Below, in pieces: positions 1 through 10,158 of a DNA stretch of 64,000 bases (the stretch's first letter is position 1; the number at the start of each line of letters is the position of its first letter). The stretch spans positions 175,367 to 239,366 of the forward strand of contig NZ_DATMFG010000054.1 of assembly GCF_035556355.1 (NCBI RefSeq). The letters run 5' to 3'. This DNA is from Microbacterium sp. (lineage in GTDB: Bacteria; Actinomycetota; Actinomycetes; Actinomycetales; Microbacteriaceae). The translations under genes were made by a program, and so were the position numbers. Under the pieces are notes generated by a model. It was not told the origin of the DNA. It worked only from the letters and a program-made list of their open reading frames with translations, and ran no database searches.

Positions 1-324
1 GGAGGTCGCGTGGATGTGCCAGTCGTACCCGTCGTGGATGACGAGCTGGGGAAGCGCCTTGCCGTCGCGGAGCATCGCGTTCACGAGCGGCACGGCGCCG
101 TCGCGATCGACGTCCCACAGCTCGCGAAGGCGGGGCCGGATGCGGCGGACCGCCTCGAGCTCGGATTCGTCGCGCCGCACGGCGCCGGAGTAGGGGTTCG
201 CCTCGAGGAAGGCGTCGAAGTCCGCGAGTGTCGTCAGCGTGTCGGGATCGTCGCGCCCGGGGAGCGTGTTGACCAGGTCGGTGACGGCCGTGAGAGCCGT
301 CTTGGTGTCATGAATGAAGACCAC
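1..324 (-). CDS. CGNR zinc-finger/ABATE-domain protein (5' part; runs off window start)
   Basis: Manual translation from GTG at 324: MVFIHDTKTALTAVTDLVNT...WHIHATS, with AGGAG RBS upstream. Resembles ABATE/CGNR N-termini (x-F-x-HDT, ..WHxH). Absent from the ORF track because the stop lies outside the window. Confidence 0.7.
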   Translation of the reverse strand, partial: MVFIHDTKTALTAVTDLVNTLPGRDDPDTLTTLADFDAFLEANPYSGAVRRDESELEAVRRIRPRLRELWDVDRDGAVPLVNAMLRDGKALPQLVIHDGYDWHIHATS

Positions 325-396
325 GTTGACTCCTGACACGGGCGACCAGTACTGTCATCAGTGTAACCACGGTTCACTCCTGACAGTCGGGCTCGC

Positions 397-1449
397 ATGA
401 CTTCCACCGCGCCTCTTCCGATCGTCTCTCCGGCGCGGGTCCGCAACGCCGGCACGTCGGGGCTCCTCATGGCCATCGCCTCCGCGCTGGCGTTCTCGTC
501 GAGCGGACCCGTCGTGAAGCCGCTGCTCGAAGCCGGGTGGTCGGTCGGGGCGGCCCTCGTCGTCAGGATGGGGCTCGCCGGCCTCATCCTCATGCCTGCT
601 CTCGTGCGGGCGCTGCGCCGCGACCGCGGATTCGTGCGCCGGCACGGCCTGCTGATCCTGGGATTCGGACTCACCGCCGTCGTCGGCTGCCAGCTCTTCT
701 TCTTCTCGGCGATGCAGCGGATGCCGGTGGCCGTCGCCCTGCTCATCCAATACCTCGCACCCGTGCTGCTCGTGATCTTCGCGTGGATCCGCACGCGGAG
801 GGCCCCCTCGCGGCTCGTGGTGATCGGCTCGGTCGTCGCGATGACGGGTCTCGTTCTCGTCGTCGACATCTCGGGAGCGACGTTCGACCTGCTCGGAACG
901 CTGCTCGCGCTCGCTGCGGCGGTGTGCGCCGGGGCGTACTTCCTCATCTCGGAGCGTGCGGGCGAGGGCCTGCCGCCGCTCGCCCTCGCCTCCGGCGGTC
1001 TCATCATCGGCGCCGTGATCATCGGGGCCCTGTGCGCGGTCGGGGTGCTGCCGTTCGCGGCACCCGCCGTCACGGTGCTCCTCGCGGGGTTCGAGCTGCC
1101 CGCGTGGGTGCCGCTGCTGTGGGTGGGCGCCATCGCCACGACGCTCGGCTACGCGCTCGGGGTCATGGCCGTGCCGCGCATCGGCTCGCGCGTCGCGTCG
1201 TTCGTGGGACTGTCCGAGGTGCTGTTCGCGCTCGGATTCGCATGGCTTCTGCTGAGCGAGGCTCCCGCGCCGATCCAGTTCGTGGGCGGTGCGCTGATCC
1301 TCGTCGGAGTCGTGCTCGTGCGGCTCGACGGCGGGGCCCCGCGGGCGTCGGGCCGTCAGTCGACGCGCGGGCCGCGTCCGAAGCGCAGGGTGCGGAAGGC
1401 TCGGGTCACGAGCGAGACGGCCGAGACTCGCGTCGCGCGAGCTCCATGA
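397..1449 (+). CDS. EamA/DMT family transporter
   Basis: About 10 hydrophobic segments, duplicated EamA pattern, 'VAVALLIQYLAPV' motif. Confidence 0.88.
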   Translation: MTSTAPLPIVSPARVRNAGTSGLLMAIASALAFSSSGPVVKPLLEAGWSVGAALVVRMGLAGLILMPALVRALRRDRGFVRRHGLLILGFGLTAVVGCQLFFFSAMQRMPVAVALLIQYLAPVLLVIFAWIRTRRAPSRLVVIGSVVAMTGLVLVVDISGATFDLLGTLLALAAAVCAGAYFLISERAGEGLPPLALASGGLIIGAVIIGALCAVGVLPFAAPAVTVLLAGFELPAWVPLLWVGAIATTLGYALGVMAVPRIGSRVASFVGLSEVLFALGFAWLLLSEAPAPIQFVGGALILVGVVLVRLDGGAPRASGRQSTRGPRPKRRVRKARVTSETAETRVARAP

Positions 1450-1894
1450 GCGGCCTGACGCGGTAGCCGATCACCTCGCCCATCGCGAGAGAGGTCTCGG
1501 TGCGCTCGACGCCGTCGATCGCGAGGATGCGCGCGTCGGTGTCGAAGAGATGCTGCGTGTCGCGGCATGCGACGCGCACGAGAAGGTCCACCGGACCGCT
1601 GAGGCCGTGCACCTGCACGACCTCGGGCACGAGCTCGAGCGCGGTCGTGATGCGCGGCAGGTCGGCCTGGCGGACCATCACGTGGATGAACGCCTCGATC
1701 GGGAAGCCGAGCGCCGAAGACGAGATCGCGCGCTCGAACGACAGGAACACGCCCGAGCGCTCCAGGCGGGCCATGCGTGCCTGGACCGTGTTGCGCGACA
1801 GCCCGAGCCTGTCGGCCAATGCCACGACGGTCGCGCGGGGGTCGTCGGAGAGCGCCGCCAGCAGTTCGAGATCGACGTGGTCAAGAGCGCTCAT
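1406..1894 (-). CDS. Lrp/AsnC family regulator (BkdR-like)
   Basis: MSALDHVDLELL..DPRATVVALADRLGLSRNTVQARMARLE HTH plus RAM domain (GPVDLLVRV); divergent from the BCKDH operon. Confidence 0.9.
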   Translation of the reverse strand: MSALDHVDLELLAALSDDPRATVVALADRLGLSRNTVQARMARLERSGVFLSFERAISSSALGFPIEAFIHVMVRQADLPRITTALELVPEVVQVHGLSGPVDLLVRVACRDTQHLFDTDARILAIDGVERTETSLAMGEVIGYRVRPLMELARRESRPSRS

Positions 1895-2066
1895 ACTGTG
1901 AAGATTATCACGCTTCGAACCCCGGGATCTTGGCAACATGCTCAAGAGGGCGAGTGATGCTTGAGCGAGGTGCAAGAGCGACGTAGTGTCGGCCTTGTCG
2001 GCGACGGTGCCGGCGACGACGTGACGAGCGCCCCACGAGGGCGACTCGCACCGAGGAGGTATGACG

Positions 2067-3191
2067 ATGGCGCACACCCTGACCGCTCCCGACCTTGCCG
2101 TCGATGTCGATGACGTCGCGCGGCTGCTGACACCCGACGGCGAACGCGTCGCGGACCCCGATCTCGGCCGCTGGGTGGCCGACGTCGACCACGAATTGCT
2201 GCGCGGTCTGTACCGCGACATGATGCTCGTCCGCCGCATCGACACCGAAGGCATCGCCCTGCAGCGGCAGGGCCAGGTGGGCCTGTGGGCCCCGTGCCAG
2301 GGCCAGGAGGCCGTTCAGGTCGGCACCGCCCGCGCACTGCGTGCGGACGACTTCGCGTTCCCGAGCTATCGCGAGATCGGGGTGAACTTCGTGCGCGGCG
2401 CCACACCCGCCGACTTCGTCGTCGCGTGGCGCGGCGAGGAGCACTCGACGTTCAACCCGTACGACATCAACACCGCCGTGCCGCAGATCATCATCGGCGC
2501 GCAGACGCTGCATGCCGTCGGCTACGCGATGGGCATCCAGCGCGACGGCGCCGACCAGGTCGCCGCGACCTACTTCGGCGACGGCGCGACGAGCCAGGGA
2601 GACGTCAACGAGGCGATGATCTTCGCGTCGTCGTTCCGGGCGCCGGTCGTGTTCGTGTGCTCCAACAACCAGTACGCGATCTCGGAGCCGGTGACGGTGC
2701 AGGCGAAGTACCCGATCGCCGGCCGCGCGCCCGGATTCGGCATCCCGAGCGTGCGCATCGACGGCAACGACGTGCTCGCGAGCCTCGCGGCGATGCGCTG
2801 GGCGATCGACCACGCCCGCTCGGGCAAGGGCCCCGCCTACATCGAGGCGGTCACGTACCGCATCGGCCCGCACACGACGTCCGACGACCCGACGCGCTAC
2901 CGCTCGAAGGACGAAGTCGAGCGCTGGAAGCAGCGCGACCCCATCGCCCGCGTCGAGGCGCTGCTGCGCGCCGAGGGCGCGTTCGACGAAGAGTTCGCGA
3001 TGTCGGTGGCATCCGAGGCCGACGAGCTCGGCGCGCACGTGCGCGAGGCGGCCCTCACGGCGAAGTCCCGCGAGCCCATCGGCGTGCTCGATCATGTGTA
3101 CGAGGAGCCGCACACCGGCCTCGAGGAGCAGCGTCGCGAGTTCGGCGCCTACCTCGCCGGCTTCGATTCGTCCGAGGAGGCCTCGCGATGA
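2067..3191 (+). CDS. bkdA: Branched-chain 2-oxoacid/pyruvate dehydrogenase E1 alpha
   Basis: TPP-binding GDGATSQG..NN motif, IGPHTTSDDP; GGAGG RBS spaced for ATG 2067 (alternative start 2061). Confidence 0.9.
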   Translation: MAHTLTAPDLAVDVDDVARLLTPDGERVADPDLGRWVADVDHELLRGLYRDMMLVRRIDTEGIALQRQGQVGLWAPCQGQEAVQVGTARALRADDFAFPSYREIGVNFVRGATPADFVVAWRGEEHSTFNPYDINTAVPQIIIGAQTLHAVGYAMGIQRDGADQVAATYFGDGATSQGDVNEAMIFASSFRAPVVFVCSNNQYAISEPVTVQAKYPIAGRAPGFGIPSVRIDGNDVLASLAAMRWAIDHARSGKGPAYIEAVTYRIGPHTTSDDPTRYRSKDEVERWKQRDPIARVEALLRAEGAFDEEFAMSVASEADELGAHVREAALTAKSREPIGVLDHVYEEPHTGLEEQRREFGAYLAGFDSSEEASR

Positions 3192-4246
3192 CGGAGATGA
3201 CGCTGGTGAAGGCCATCAACGAGGGCCTGCGCCGCGCGATGGCGGACGACCCGAAGGTCCTCGTGATGGGTGAGGACATCGGTCGCCTCGGAGGCGTCTT
3301 CCGCATCACCGACGGGCTGCTCGACGAGTTCGGCGCGGCGCGGGTGGTCGACACGCCGCTGGCCGAGGCGGGCATCATGGGCACCGCGGTGGGTCTCGCG
3401 TACCGCGGCTACCGCCCGGTCGTCGAGATCCAGTTCGACGGCTTCGTGTACCCGGCGTTCGACCAGATCGTGTGCCAGGTCGCCAAGCTGCACTACCGCA
3501 CACGCGGCAACGTCAAGATGCCGATCACGATCCGCATCCCGTGGGCGGGGGGAGTGGGCGCCGCCGAGCACCACTCCGAGTCGCCCGAGGCGTACTTCGT
3601 GCACACGTCGGGACTGCGCGTGATCGCGGTCTCGAACCCGCAGGACGCCTACGTCATGCTGCGCCAGGCGATCGCATCCGACGACCCGGTCGTGTACTTC
3701 GAGCCGAAGCGCCTGTACCACCAGAAGGGCGAGGTCGATCTCGACGTCGATCTGGCGGATGCGCCGCCCATGGGCCTGGCGCGCGTCGCGCGCGAGGGCG
3801 GCGACGTCACGCTCCTCACGTACGGCTCGCAGGTCATGACCGCGCTCGACGCCGCGATCGCGGCGGAGGACGAGGGCGTCTCGATCGAGGTCATCGACCT
3901 GCGGTCGCTGTCGCCCGTCGACTACCGCACGGTGACGGCGTCGGTGCGCAAGACCGGTCGCGTCGTCGTGACCCACGAAGCCGCGAAGGAAGCGGGCATG
4001 GGCGCGGAGCTCGTCGCGAGCGTCACCGAGCGCTGCTTCCACTACCTCGAGGCGCCGCCGCAGCGCGTGACCGGCCACGACATCCCGTATCCGCCGGCGA
4101 AACTCGAGAAGTACCACATCCCGGATCTGGACCGCATCCTCGACGCGGTCGACCGCGTGCTCGACAAGCCGAACAGCCTGACCGGGCTCGAGGAGTGGCG
4201 CACGGCCGAGACGGGCCGTGCCGGAGTGGGCGGTGGTGTGCTGTGA
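3188..4246 (+). CDS. bkdB: 2-oxoacid dehydrogenase E1 beta
   Basis: GEDIGRLGGVFR, DTPLAE, EHHSESPE; ATGA overlap with E1 alpha. Confidence 0.9.
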   Translation: MTEMTLVKAINEGLRRAMADDPKVLVMGEDIGRLGGVFRITDGLLDEFGAARVVDTPLAEAGIMGTAVGLAYRGYRPVVEIQFDGFVYPAFDQIVCQVAKLHYRTRGNVKMPITIRIPWAGGVGAAEHHSESPEAYFVHTSGLRVIAVSNPQDAYVMLRQAIASDDPVVYFEPKRLYHQKGEVDLDVDLADAPPMGLARVAREGGDVTLLTYGSQVMTALDAAIAAEDEGVSIEVIDLRSLSPVDYRTVTASVRKTGRVVVTHEAAKEAGMGAELVASVTERCFHYLEAPPQRVTGHDIPYPPAKLEKYHIPDLDRILDAVDRVLDKPNSLTGLEEWRTAETGRAGVGGGVL

Positions 4247-5652
4247 TCCAGGAGTTCCTGCTCCCCGATCTCGGCGAAGGCCTTCCCGAGGCCGAGCTCG
4301 TCCAGTGGACGGTCGCCGAGGGCGACGAGGTCGCCCTGAACCAGACGATCGCCGAGGTCGAGACGGCCAAGGCGGTCGTCGAGCTGCCGTCTCCGTTCGC
4401 GGGCATCGTCCGCACGCTGCACGCGCAAGCGGGCGATGTCGTCCAGGTCGGCGCGCCGCTCATCACGTTCGACGTCGCGGGGGCCGAGGCATCCGCTGCA
4501 TCGGCTCCGGCCGAGGCGGTCGCTTCGACGCCGACGGAGAAGGCGGATGCGGTGCCCGCGCCCGAAGAGAAGGCGCAGCCCAACCTCGTGGGCTACGGTG
4601 CCGCGCCGCGCGGCAGCGCGCGTCCGCGGCGCCGAGCGCGCTCGGTCGCCGCGCTCGCACCGACCGGTGGCGGCACCGACACGGCAGTGCTCGAGGCCGC
4701 GCCGCACGACGCGATCCGCGTGGCGGAGCCCGAGCGTCCCCTCGAGCGGCCCCGGTCGACTCCGCCCGTGCGACGGTTCGCGAAGGACCTCGGGATCGAC
4801 CTCGCACTCGTCGAGGCATCCGGCGCGTCGGGCATCATCACGCGCGCGGACGTCGAGGCGTACGCGGCGCGGGTCGGCAGGCTTCCGGGCGCCGAGCCGG
4901 CGATGGCGGGTGCCGCGCCGGCCGCATCCGCTCCTCGTCGAGAGGCGGGCGAGCGCACGACGCGAACCCCGATCCGAGGCGTCCGCAAGCACACCGCCGA
5001 GGCGATGGTGCGCAGCGCCTTCACCGCACCGCACGTGACGACGTTCCTGACGGTTGACGTGACGGCCACGACCGAGCTCATCGAGTCGTTCAAGGCCGAC
5101 CGCTCGCTGCAGGGCCACAAGATCGGCGTGCTCGCCGTCGCGGCGAAGGCCGTGTGCCTCGCGCTGCGCAAGCACCCCGAGCTCAACTCCAAGTGGGACG
5201 AAGCGGCCGGCGAGATCGTCGAGCACCACTACGTCAACATCGGCATCGCGGCGGCGACCGGCCGCGGGCTCGTCGTGCCGAACATCAAGGACGCGCAGGA
5301 CATGTCGCTCGTGGAGCTCGCCGACGCGATCCGCGATCTCGCCGAGACGGCCCGTGCGGGCAAGACGGCGCCGGCCGACATGATGGGCGGCACGTTCTCG
5401 ATCACGAATGTCGGCGTCTTCGGCGTCGACGCCGGCACCCCGATCCTCAACCCGGGGGAGGCGGGGATCCTCGCGGTCGGCGCCGTGCGCCGCCAGCCGT
5501 GGGAGCACCGCGGCGAGATCGCGCTGCGCGACGTCATGACACTCGCGCTCTCGTTCGACCACCGCCTCGTCGACGGCGAGCAGGGGTCGAAGTTCCTCGT
5601 CGACGTCGGTGACGTGCTGCGCGAGCCCGGACGCGCCATGCTGCTCGGCTGA
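4243..5652 (+). CDS. bkdC: Dihydrolipoamide acyltransferase E2
   Basis: Lipoyl domain LPDLGEGL..ETAKA, E3-binding segment, catalytic DHRLVDG; GTGA overlap. Confidence 0.9.
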   Translation: MIQEFLLPDLGEGLPEAELVQWTVAEGDEVALNQTIAEVETAKAVVELPSPFAGIVRTLHAQAGDVVQVGAPLITFDVAGAEASAASAPAEAVASTPTEKADAVPAPEEKAQPNLVGYGAAPRGSARPRRRARSVAALAPTGGGTDTAVLEAAPHDAIRVAEPERPLERPRSTPPVRRFAKDLGIDLALVEASGASGIITRADVEAYAARVGRLPGAEPAMAGAAPAASAPRREAGERTTRTPIRGVRKHTAEAMVRSAFTAPHVTTFLTVDVTATTELIESFKADRSLQGHKIGVLAVAAKAVCLALRKHPELNSKWDEAAGEIVEHHYVNIGIAAATGRGLVVPNIKDAQDMSLVELADAIRDLAETARAGKTAPADMMGGTFSITNVGVFGVDAGTPILNPGEAGILAVGAVRRQPWEHRGEIALRDVMTLALSFDHRLVDGEQGSKFLVDVGDVLREPGRAMLLG

Positions 5653-5734
5653 CTTCTCCAGTGGGGCGGCGGCGCGCGCCGAGAGGTCGTGCGTCGCCGC
5701 CCGGCGCGCTCAGGGTGTCGCGCCGCGCCGTCGC

Positions 5735-6331
5735 TCACGCTGCGAGGGCTGCCAGGGCCATCGACTCGAGGATCTGCGAGACGTCCTCGTCGGCGGGGGC
5801 GTCGCGCAGCGCGCGCACGCTGTGCGGAGTCGAGTTGATGAGGCCGAAGCACGCGTGGGCACGCACGCGCAGGTCGTTGACGGGACGATCCGGATGCACC
5901 GCCGCCAGCACCCCGATCCACAGCTCGACGTACTCGCGCTGCAGACGCCGCACAGCGTGGCGGTCCTCGTCGGCGAGGCTCGCGAGATCCCGGTCCTGCA
6001 CGCGGATGACGTCGGCGTCGGCAAGAGCGAAGGCGACGTGGAACTCGATGAGCGCGCGCAGCTGCTCGAGGGGCGGCTCACCCGACTCGACGACCGCTCG
6101 GCCCCCCGACAGCAGCCGCTCGCTCACACTCACGAGGATCGCGCCGAGCAGAGCCTGCTTGTTCGCGAAGTGCCGATAGACGGCGGGCCCGCTCACGCCG
6201 ACGGCGGCGCCGAGCTCTTCGAGGCTCACTCCGCTGAAGCCCCGCGCCGCGAACAGCCGGGCCGCCTCTTTCAGAAGAGCGGTCTGGCGGTCGGCCTTGG
6301 CGCGACCGCGCTCGGTGAGACCCCTTGCCAT
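5735..6331 (-). CDS. TetR family repressor (BkaR-like)
   Basis: AARLFAARGFSGVSLEELGAAVGVSGPAVYRHF HTH; divergent from the carboxylase operon as in the mycobacterial bkaR locus. Confidence 0.9.
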   Translation of the reverse strand: MARGLTERGRAKADRQTALLKEAARLFAARGFSGVSLEELGAAVGVSGPAVYRHFANKQALLGAILVSVSERLLSGGRAVVESGEPPLEQLRALIEFHVAFALADADVIRVQDRDLASLADEDRHAVRRLQREYVELWIGVLAAVHPDRPVNDLRVRAHACFGLINSTPHSVRALRDAPADEDVSQILESMALAALAA

Positions 6332-6335
6332 TTCA

Positions 6336-6378
6336 GTTAATCCTCGCTAACCTGACTGCTCAGTTAGTGAACACTAAC
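6336..6378. promoter_or_regulatory. Two 16-bp GTTA-N8-TAAC palindromic operators for the adjacent TetR
   Basis: GTTAATCCTCGCTAAC (6336-6351) and GTTAGTGAACACTAAC (6363-6378, perfect 7-bp arms) in the divergent intergenic region. Confidence 0.75.
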
Positions 6379-6436
6379 CAGTCCCATCGCGCGGCGACAA
6401 CCTGTGTGACGGAATCGTGACGTCGACGGAGATGAC

Positions 6437-8041
6437 ATGAGCGCCCTGACGACCTTGGTCGCCCACGACGCGACTTTCGCGCGCACACACGAGGCGCAGA
6501 GCGCATTGGCCGAGGAGCTTCACGAGCGGCTCGCGAAGGCCGCACGGGGCGGTCCTGAGCCGTCGCGTGAGCGGCATGTCGCGCGCGGCAAGCTGCTGCC
6601 GCGCGACCGGGTGAACCGCCTCCTCGACGAAGGCAGCCCCTTCCTCGAGGTCGCACCGCTCGCCGCCGAGGGGTTGTACGGCGGAGACGCTCCCGCCGCC
6701 GGGGTCATCGCGGGCATCGGCCTCGTGCACGGCCGGCACGTGATGGTCGTGTGCAACGACGCGACGGTCAAGGGCGGCACGTATTACCCGCTCACCGTGA
6801 AGAAGCACCTTCGCGCGCAGGAGATCGCGCTCGAGAATCGTCTCCCGTGCATCTACCTCGTCGACTCGGGCGGTGCGTTCCTGCCGAAGCAGGACGAGGT
6901 GTTCCCCGACCGCGACCACTTCGGGCGCATCTTCTTCAACCAGGCGCGCCTGTCGGCTGAGGGCGTCCCGCAGATCGCCGCGGTGCTCGGCTCGTGCACA
7001 GCAGGAGGCGCGTACGTGCCGGCGATGAGCGATGAGACCGTCATCGTCCGAAACCAGGGCACGATCTTCCTCGGTGGTCCGCCGCTCGTGAAGGCGGCGA
7101 TCGGCGAGGTCGTGACGGCCAAGGAGCTCGGCGGGGGAGAGTTGCACGCCCGCCGCTCCGGAGTCGTCGACCACCTCGCCGAGAACGACGAGCACGCGCT
7201 CGAGATCGTGCGCGACATCGTCGCGACCCTGCCGCAGCCCGAAGAGCCCGCGTGGGAGGTCGTCGACGCCGTCGCGCCCGCCGTCGACCCCGCCGACCTC
7301 TACGGTGTCGTGCCCGTCGACGTGAACCAGCCGTACGACGTGCGCGAGGTCATCGCACGCCTGGTCGACGCGAGTGAATTCCACGAGTTCAAGCGCGAGT
7401 ACGGCGATACGCTCGTCACCGGGTTCGCACGCATCCACGGGCATCCGGTCGGCATCGTCGCGAACAACGGCGTGCTGTTCAGCGAGTCGGCCCTCAAGGG
7501 CGCGCACTTCATCGAGCTGTGCGACCAGCGCGGCATTCCCCTCCTGTTCCTGCAGAACATCTCCGGCTTCATGGTCGGGCGAGACGCCGAGGCCGGAGGC
7601 ATCGCGAAGGACGGCGCCAAGATGGTCACCGCCGTCGCGACGACGCGCGTCCCCAAGCTCACGGTCGTGATCGGCGGATCCTTCGGCGCCGGCAACTATG
7701 CGATGTGCGGTCGCGCCTACTCACCCCGATTCCTGTGGACGTGGCCCGCGAGCCGCGTCTCGGTCATGGGCGGGACGCAGGCGGCATCCGTCCTCTCGAC
7801 TGTCAAGGCCGACCAGCTCGCCGCGCGCGGCGAGCAGTGGAGCGACGACGACCGCGCCGCGTTCGAGGCGCCCATCCGCGCGCAGTACGAGGAGCAGGGC
7901 AATCCCTATTACGCGACCGCCCGCCTGTGGGATGACGGCGTCATCGACCCGCTCGACACGCGCGACGTGATCGGCCTCGCACTCGACGTCGTCTCGCGCA
8001 CGCCCCTTCCCGAGCCGAAGTTCGGCGTCTTCCGGATGTGA
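6437..8041 (+). CDS. accD1: Acyl-CoA carboxylase carboxyltransferase subunit (methylcrotonyl-CoA carboxylase beta-like, AccD1)
   Basis: [39 protein letters not shown] motifs. Confidence 0.9.
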   Translation: MSALTTLVAHDATFARTHEAQSALAEELHERLAKAARGGPEPSRERHVARGKLLPRDRVNRLLDEGSPFLEVAPLAAEGLYGGDAPAAGVIAGIGLVHGRHVMVVCNDATVKGGTYYPLTVKKHLRAQEIALENRLPCIYLVDSGGAFLPKQDEVFPDRDHFGRIFFNQARLSAEGVPQIAAVLGSCTAGGAYVPAMSDETVIVRNQGTIFLGGPPLVKAAIGEVVTAKELGGGELHARRSGVVDHLAENDEHALEIVRDIVATLPQPEEPAWEVVDAVAPAVDPADLYGVVPVDVNQPYDVREVIARLVDASEFHEFKREYGDTLVTGFARIHGHPVGIVANNGVLFSESALKGAHFIELCDQRGIPLLFLQNISGFMVGRDAEAGGIAKDGAKMVTAVATTRVPKLTVVIGGSFGAGNYAMCGRAYSPRFLWTWPASRVSVMGGTQAASVLSTVKADQLAARGEQWSDDDRAAFEAPIRAQYEEQGNPYYATARLWDDGVIDPLDTRDVIGLALDVVSRTPLPEPKFGVFRM

Positions 8042-8046
8042 GACCC

Positions 8047-10134
8047 ATGACCACGAATCCCACCGACTCGGTCCCTGAGCGAGCGCAGCGAGACGAAGGT
8101 TTCACCACCGTCCTCGTGGCGAACCGCGGCGAGATCGCGCGACGCGTCCTCCGCACGCTGCGCGAGCTCGGCATCCGCTCGGTCGCCGTCTACAGCGACG
8201 CCGATGCGAACGCGCCGCACGTGCGTGAGGCCGACATCGCCGTCCGGATCGGGCCGGCCGCCGCATCCGAGTCGTACCTCAGCATCGACGCCGTGATCGC
8301 GGCCGCGCGCGAGACCGGGGCGCAGGCGATCCATCCCGGCTACGGCTTCCTCGCCGAGAACGCCGCGTTCGCGCGCGCGTGCGCCGACGCCGGAATCGTC
8401 TTCATCGGGCCGGGCGAGCGTGCGCTCGAGGTCATGGGCGACAAGATCCGCGCGAAGCAGCACGTCGCCGAGTACGGCGTGCCGACGGTTCCCGGATTCT
8501 CGGCGGTGGACATGACGGATGCGGCGATCGCCGACGCCGCCCGCGACATCGGCTTCCCCCTGCTCGTCAAGCCGTCGGCGGGCGGCGGCGGAAAAGGCAT
8601 GCAGGTCGTGCGCTCAGAGAGCGAGCTGCCCGAGGCGCTCGCGACCGCTCGCCGCGTCGCGACGGCCGCATTCGGCGACGACGCGCTCCTGCTCGAACGG
8701 CTCATCGAGCGTCCGCGGCACATCGAGGTGCAGGTGCTCGCCGACTCCCACGGAACGGTCGTCCACCTCGGCGAACGCGAGTGCACGCTCCAGCGCCGGC
8801 ACCAGAAGGTCATCGAGGAGGCTCCGTCGCCCGTCATCGACGCCGCCACGCGCGAGCGCATCGGTGTGGCGGCGTGCGCGGCCGCCGCATCCGTCGACTA
8901 TCGCGGCGCGGGAACGGTCGAGTTCCTCATCGCGGCCGACCGGCCCGACGAGTTCTTCTTCATCGAGATGAACACTCGTCTGCAGGTCGAGCACCCCGTG
9001 ACGGAGCTCGTGACCGGCATCGACCTCGTCGAGCAGCAGATCCGCATCGCCGAGGGCGAGCCGATCCCGTTCGAGCAGGACGAGGTGCGCCTCGAAGGGC
9101 ACGCGATCGAGGCGCGCGTGTACGCCGAGAGCCCCGAGCGCGGCTTCCTGCCGTCGACGGGCGACGTGCTGCTGTGGCGCGCCGCCGAGGGCGTGAGGAC
9201 GGATGCGGCGATCGAGACCGGCTCCACGGTGACGAGCGACTACGACCCGATGATCGCGAAGGTCATCGCCTTCGGCGCGGATCGGGCCGCGGCGCTCGAC
9301 ACGCTGGACGCCGCGCTCGCCGAGACGGTGGTGCTCGGCGTCGAGACGAACACGGCGTTCCTGCGCGCGCTGATCGCCGATCCCGCCGTGCGCGACGGAG
9401 ACCTCGACACGGGACTCATCGACCGCCTGCCGCCGTTCGAGGCGCCCGCTCCGTCCGCACGGGCGCTCGCGTGCGCTGCCGCCTTCGTGCGCGGGGGCTC
9501 GACATCGAGTCGAGCGCCCGACGGAGGCGCGTCGACAGGTCGCGCACGGCCCACCCGCAGTCGCGCCGGCGGCGCATGGCGCGCGTTGCCCGGCTGGCGC
9601 GTGTCGGGCGAGCGCGTGCTGCCGGTGCAGAGGTTCCAGCTCGACGGCGGCGACGTCGTCGAGGTCGCGGACGACGACGCCGCTCCCACGGACCCGGCGG
9701 ATGCCGCGACCGCACGCGACGGCAGCGTCTGGGTGCACGCCGACGGCGCCACCCACCGGCTGCGGCCCCTCACGCGCCGCGAGGCGATGGAGGTGCGGCT
9801 CGCACAGCGCGAGCGCGAGGCCGGCGCATCCGACCCCGATCTCCGCGCGCCCATGCCCGGCGCCGTCGTGGCGATCCACGCCGCCGACGGCGCCGAGGTC
9901 GCCGCGGGCGACCGCATCGTCACGATCGAGGCGATGAAGATGGAGCACCCGCTGATCGCCGGACACGGTGGCATCGTGCGCGTGCGCACGGCCGTCGGAG
10001 AGCAGGTCTCGCGCGATCAGGTGCTCGCGACCGTGACCGCGCACCCGGCGGAGACCGCAGACCGCGAGGCGCCCGTCGACCAAGCGGGCGCGCCCGGGGC
10101 ATCCGTCACACCGACCGAGACCGCGGTCGGCTGA
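8047..10134 (+). CDS. accA1: Biotin carboxylase/biotin carrier subunit (MCC alpha-like, AccA1)
   Basis: [31 protein letters not shown], biotinylation motif EAMKM. Confidence 0.9.
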   Translation: MTTNPTDSVPERAQRDEGFTTVLVANRGEIARRVLRTLRELGIRSVAVYSDADANAPHVREADIAVRIGPAAASESYLSIDAVIAAARETGAQAIHPGYGFLAENAAFARACADAGIVFIGPGERALEVMGDKIRAKQHVAEYGVPTVPGFSAVDMTDAAIADAARDIGFPLLVKPSAGGGGKGMQVVRSESELPEALATARRVATAAFGDDALLLERLIERPRHIEVQVLADSHGTVVHLGERECTLQRRHQKVIEEAPSPVIDAATRERIGVAACAAAASVDYRGAGTVEFLIAADRPDEFFFIEMNTRLQVEHPVTELVTGIDLVEQQIRIAEGEPIPFEQDEVRLEGHAIEARVYAESPERGFLPSTGDVLLWRAAEGVRTDAAIETGSTVTSDYDPMIAKVIAFGADRAAALDTLDAALAETVVLGVETNTAFLRALIADPAVRDGDLDTGLIDRLPPFEAPAPSARALACAAAFVRGGSTSSRAPDGGASTGRARPTRSRAGGAWRALPGWRVSGERVLPVQRFQLDGGDVVEVADDDAAPTDPADAATARDGSVWVHADGATHRLRPLTRREAMEVRLAQREREAGASDPDLRAPMPGAVVAIHAADGAEVAAGDRIVTIEAMKMEHPLIAGHGGIVRVRTAVGEQVSRDQVLATVTAHPAETADREAPVDQAGAPGASVTPTETAVG
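8069..8099 (+). repeat. REP-like element CGGTCCCTGAGCGAGCGCAGCGAGACGAAGG embedded in frame in the accA1 5' end
   Basis: Shares both ends with the inverted copy at 12702-12739. Confidence 0.6.
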
Positions 10135-10158
10135 CCGTCCATCCCACGAGGAGGAGAC

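Noticed and set aside
1940-1966. GCTCAAG-N13-CTTGAGC inverted repeat between lrp and bkdA
   Set aside because: Could be a regulator site, but a single 7-bp-arm repeat with no second copy or known consensus is too weak to call
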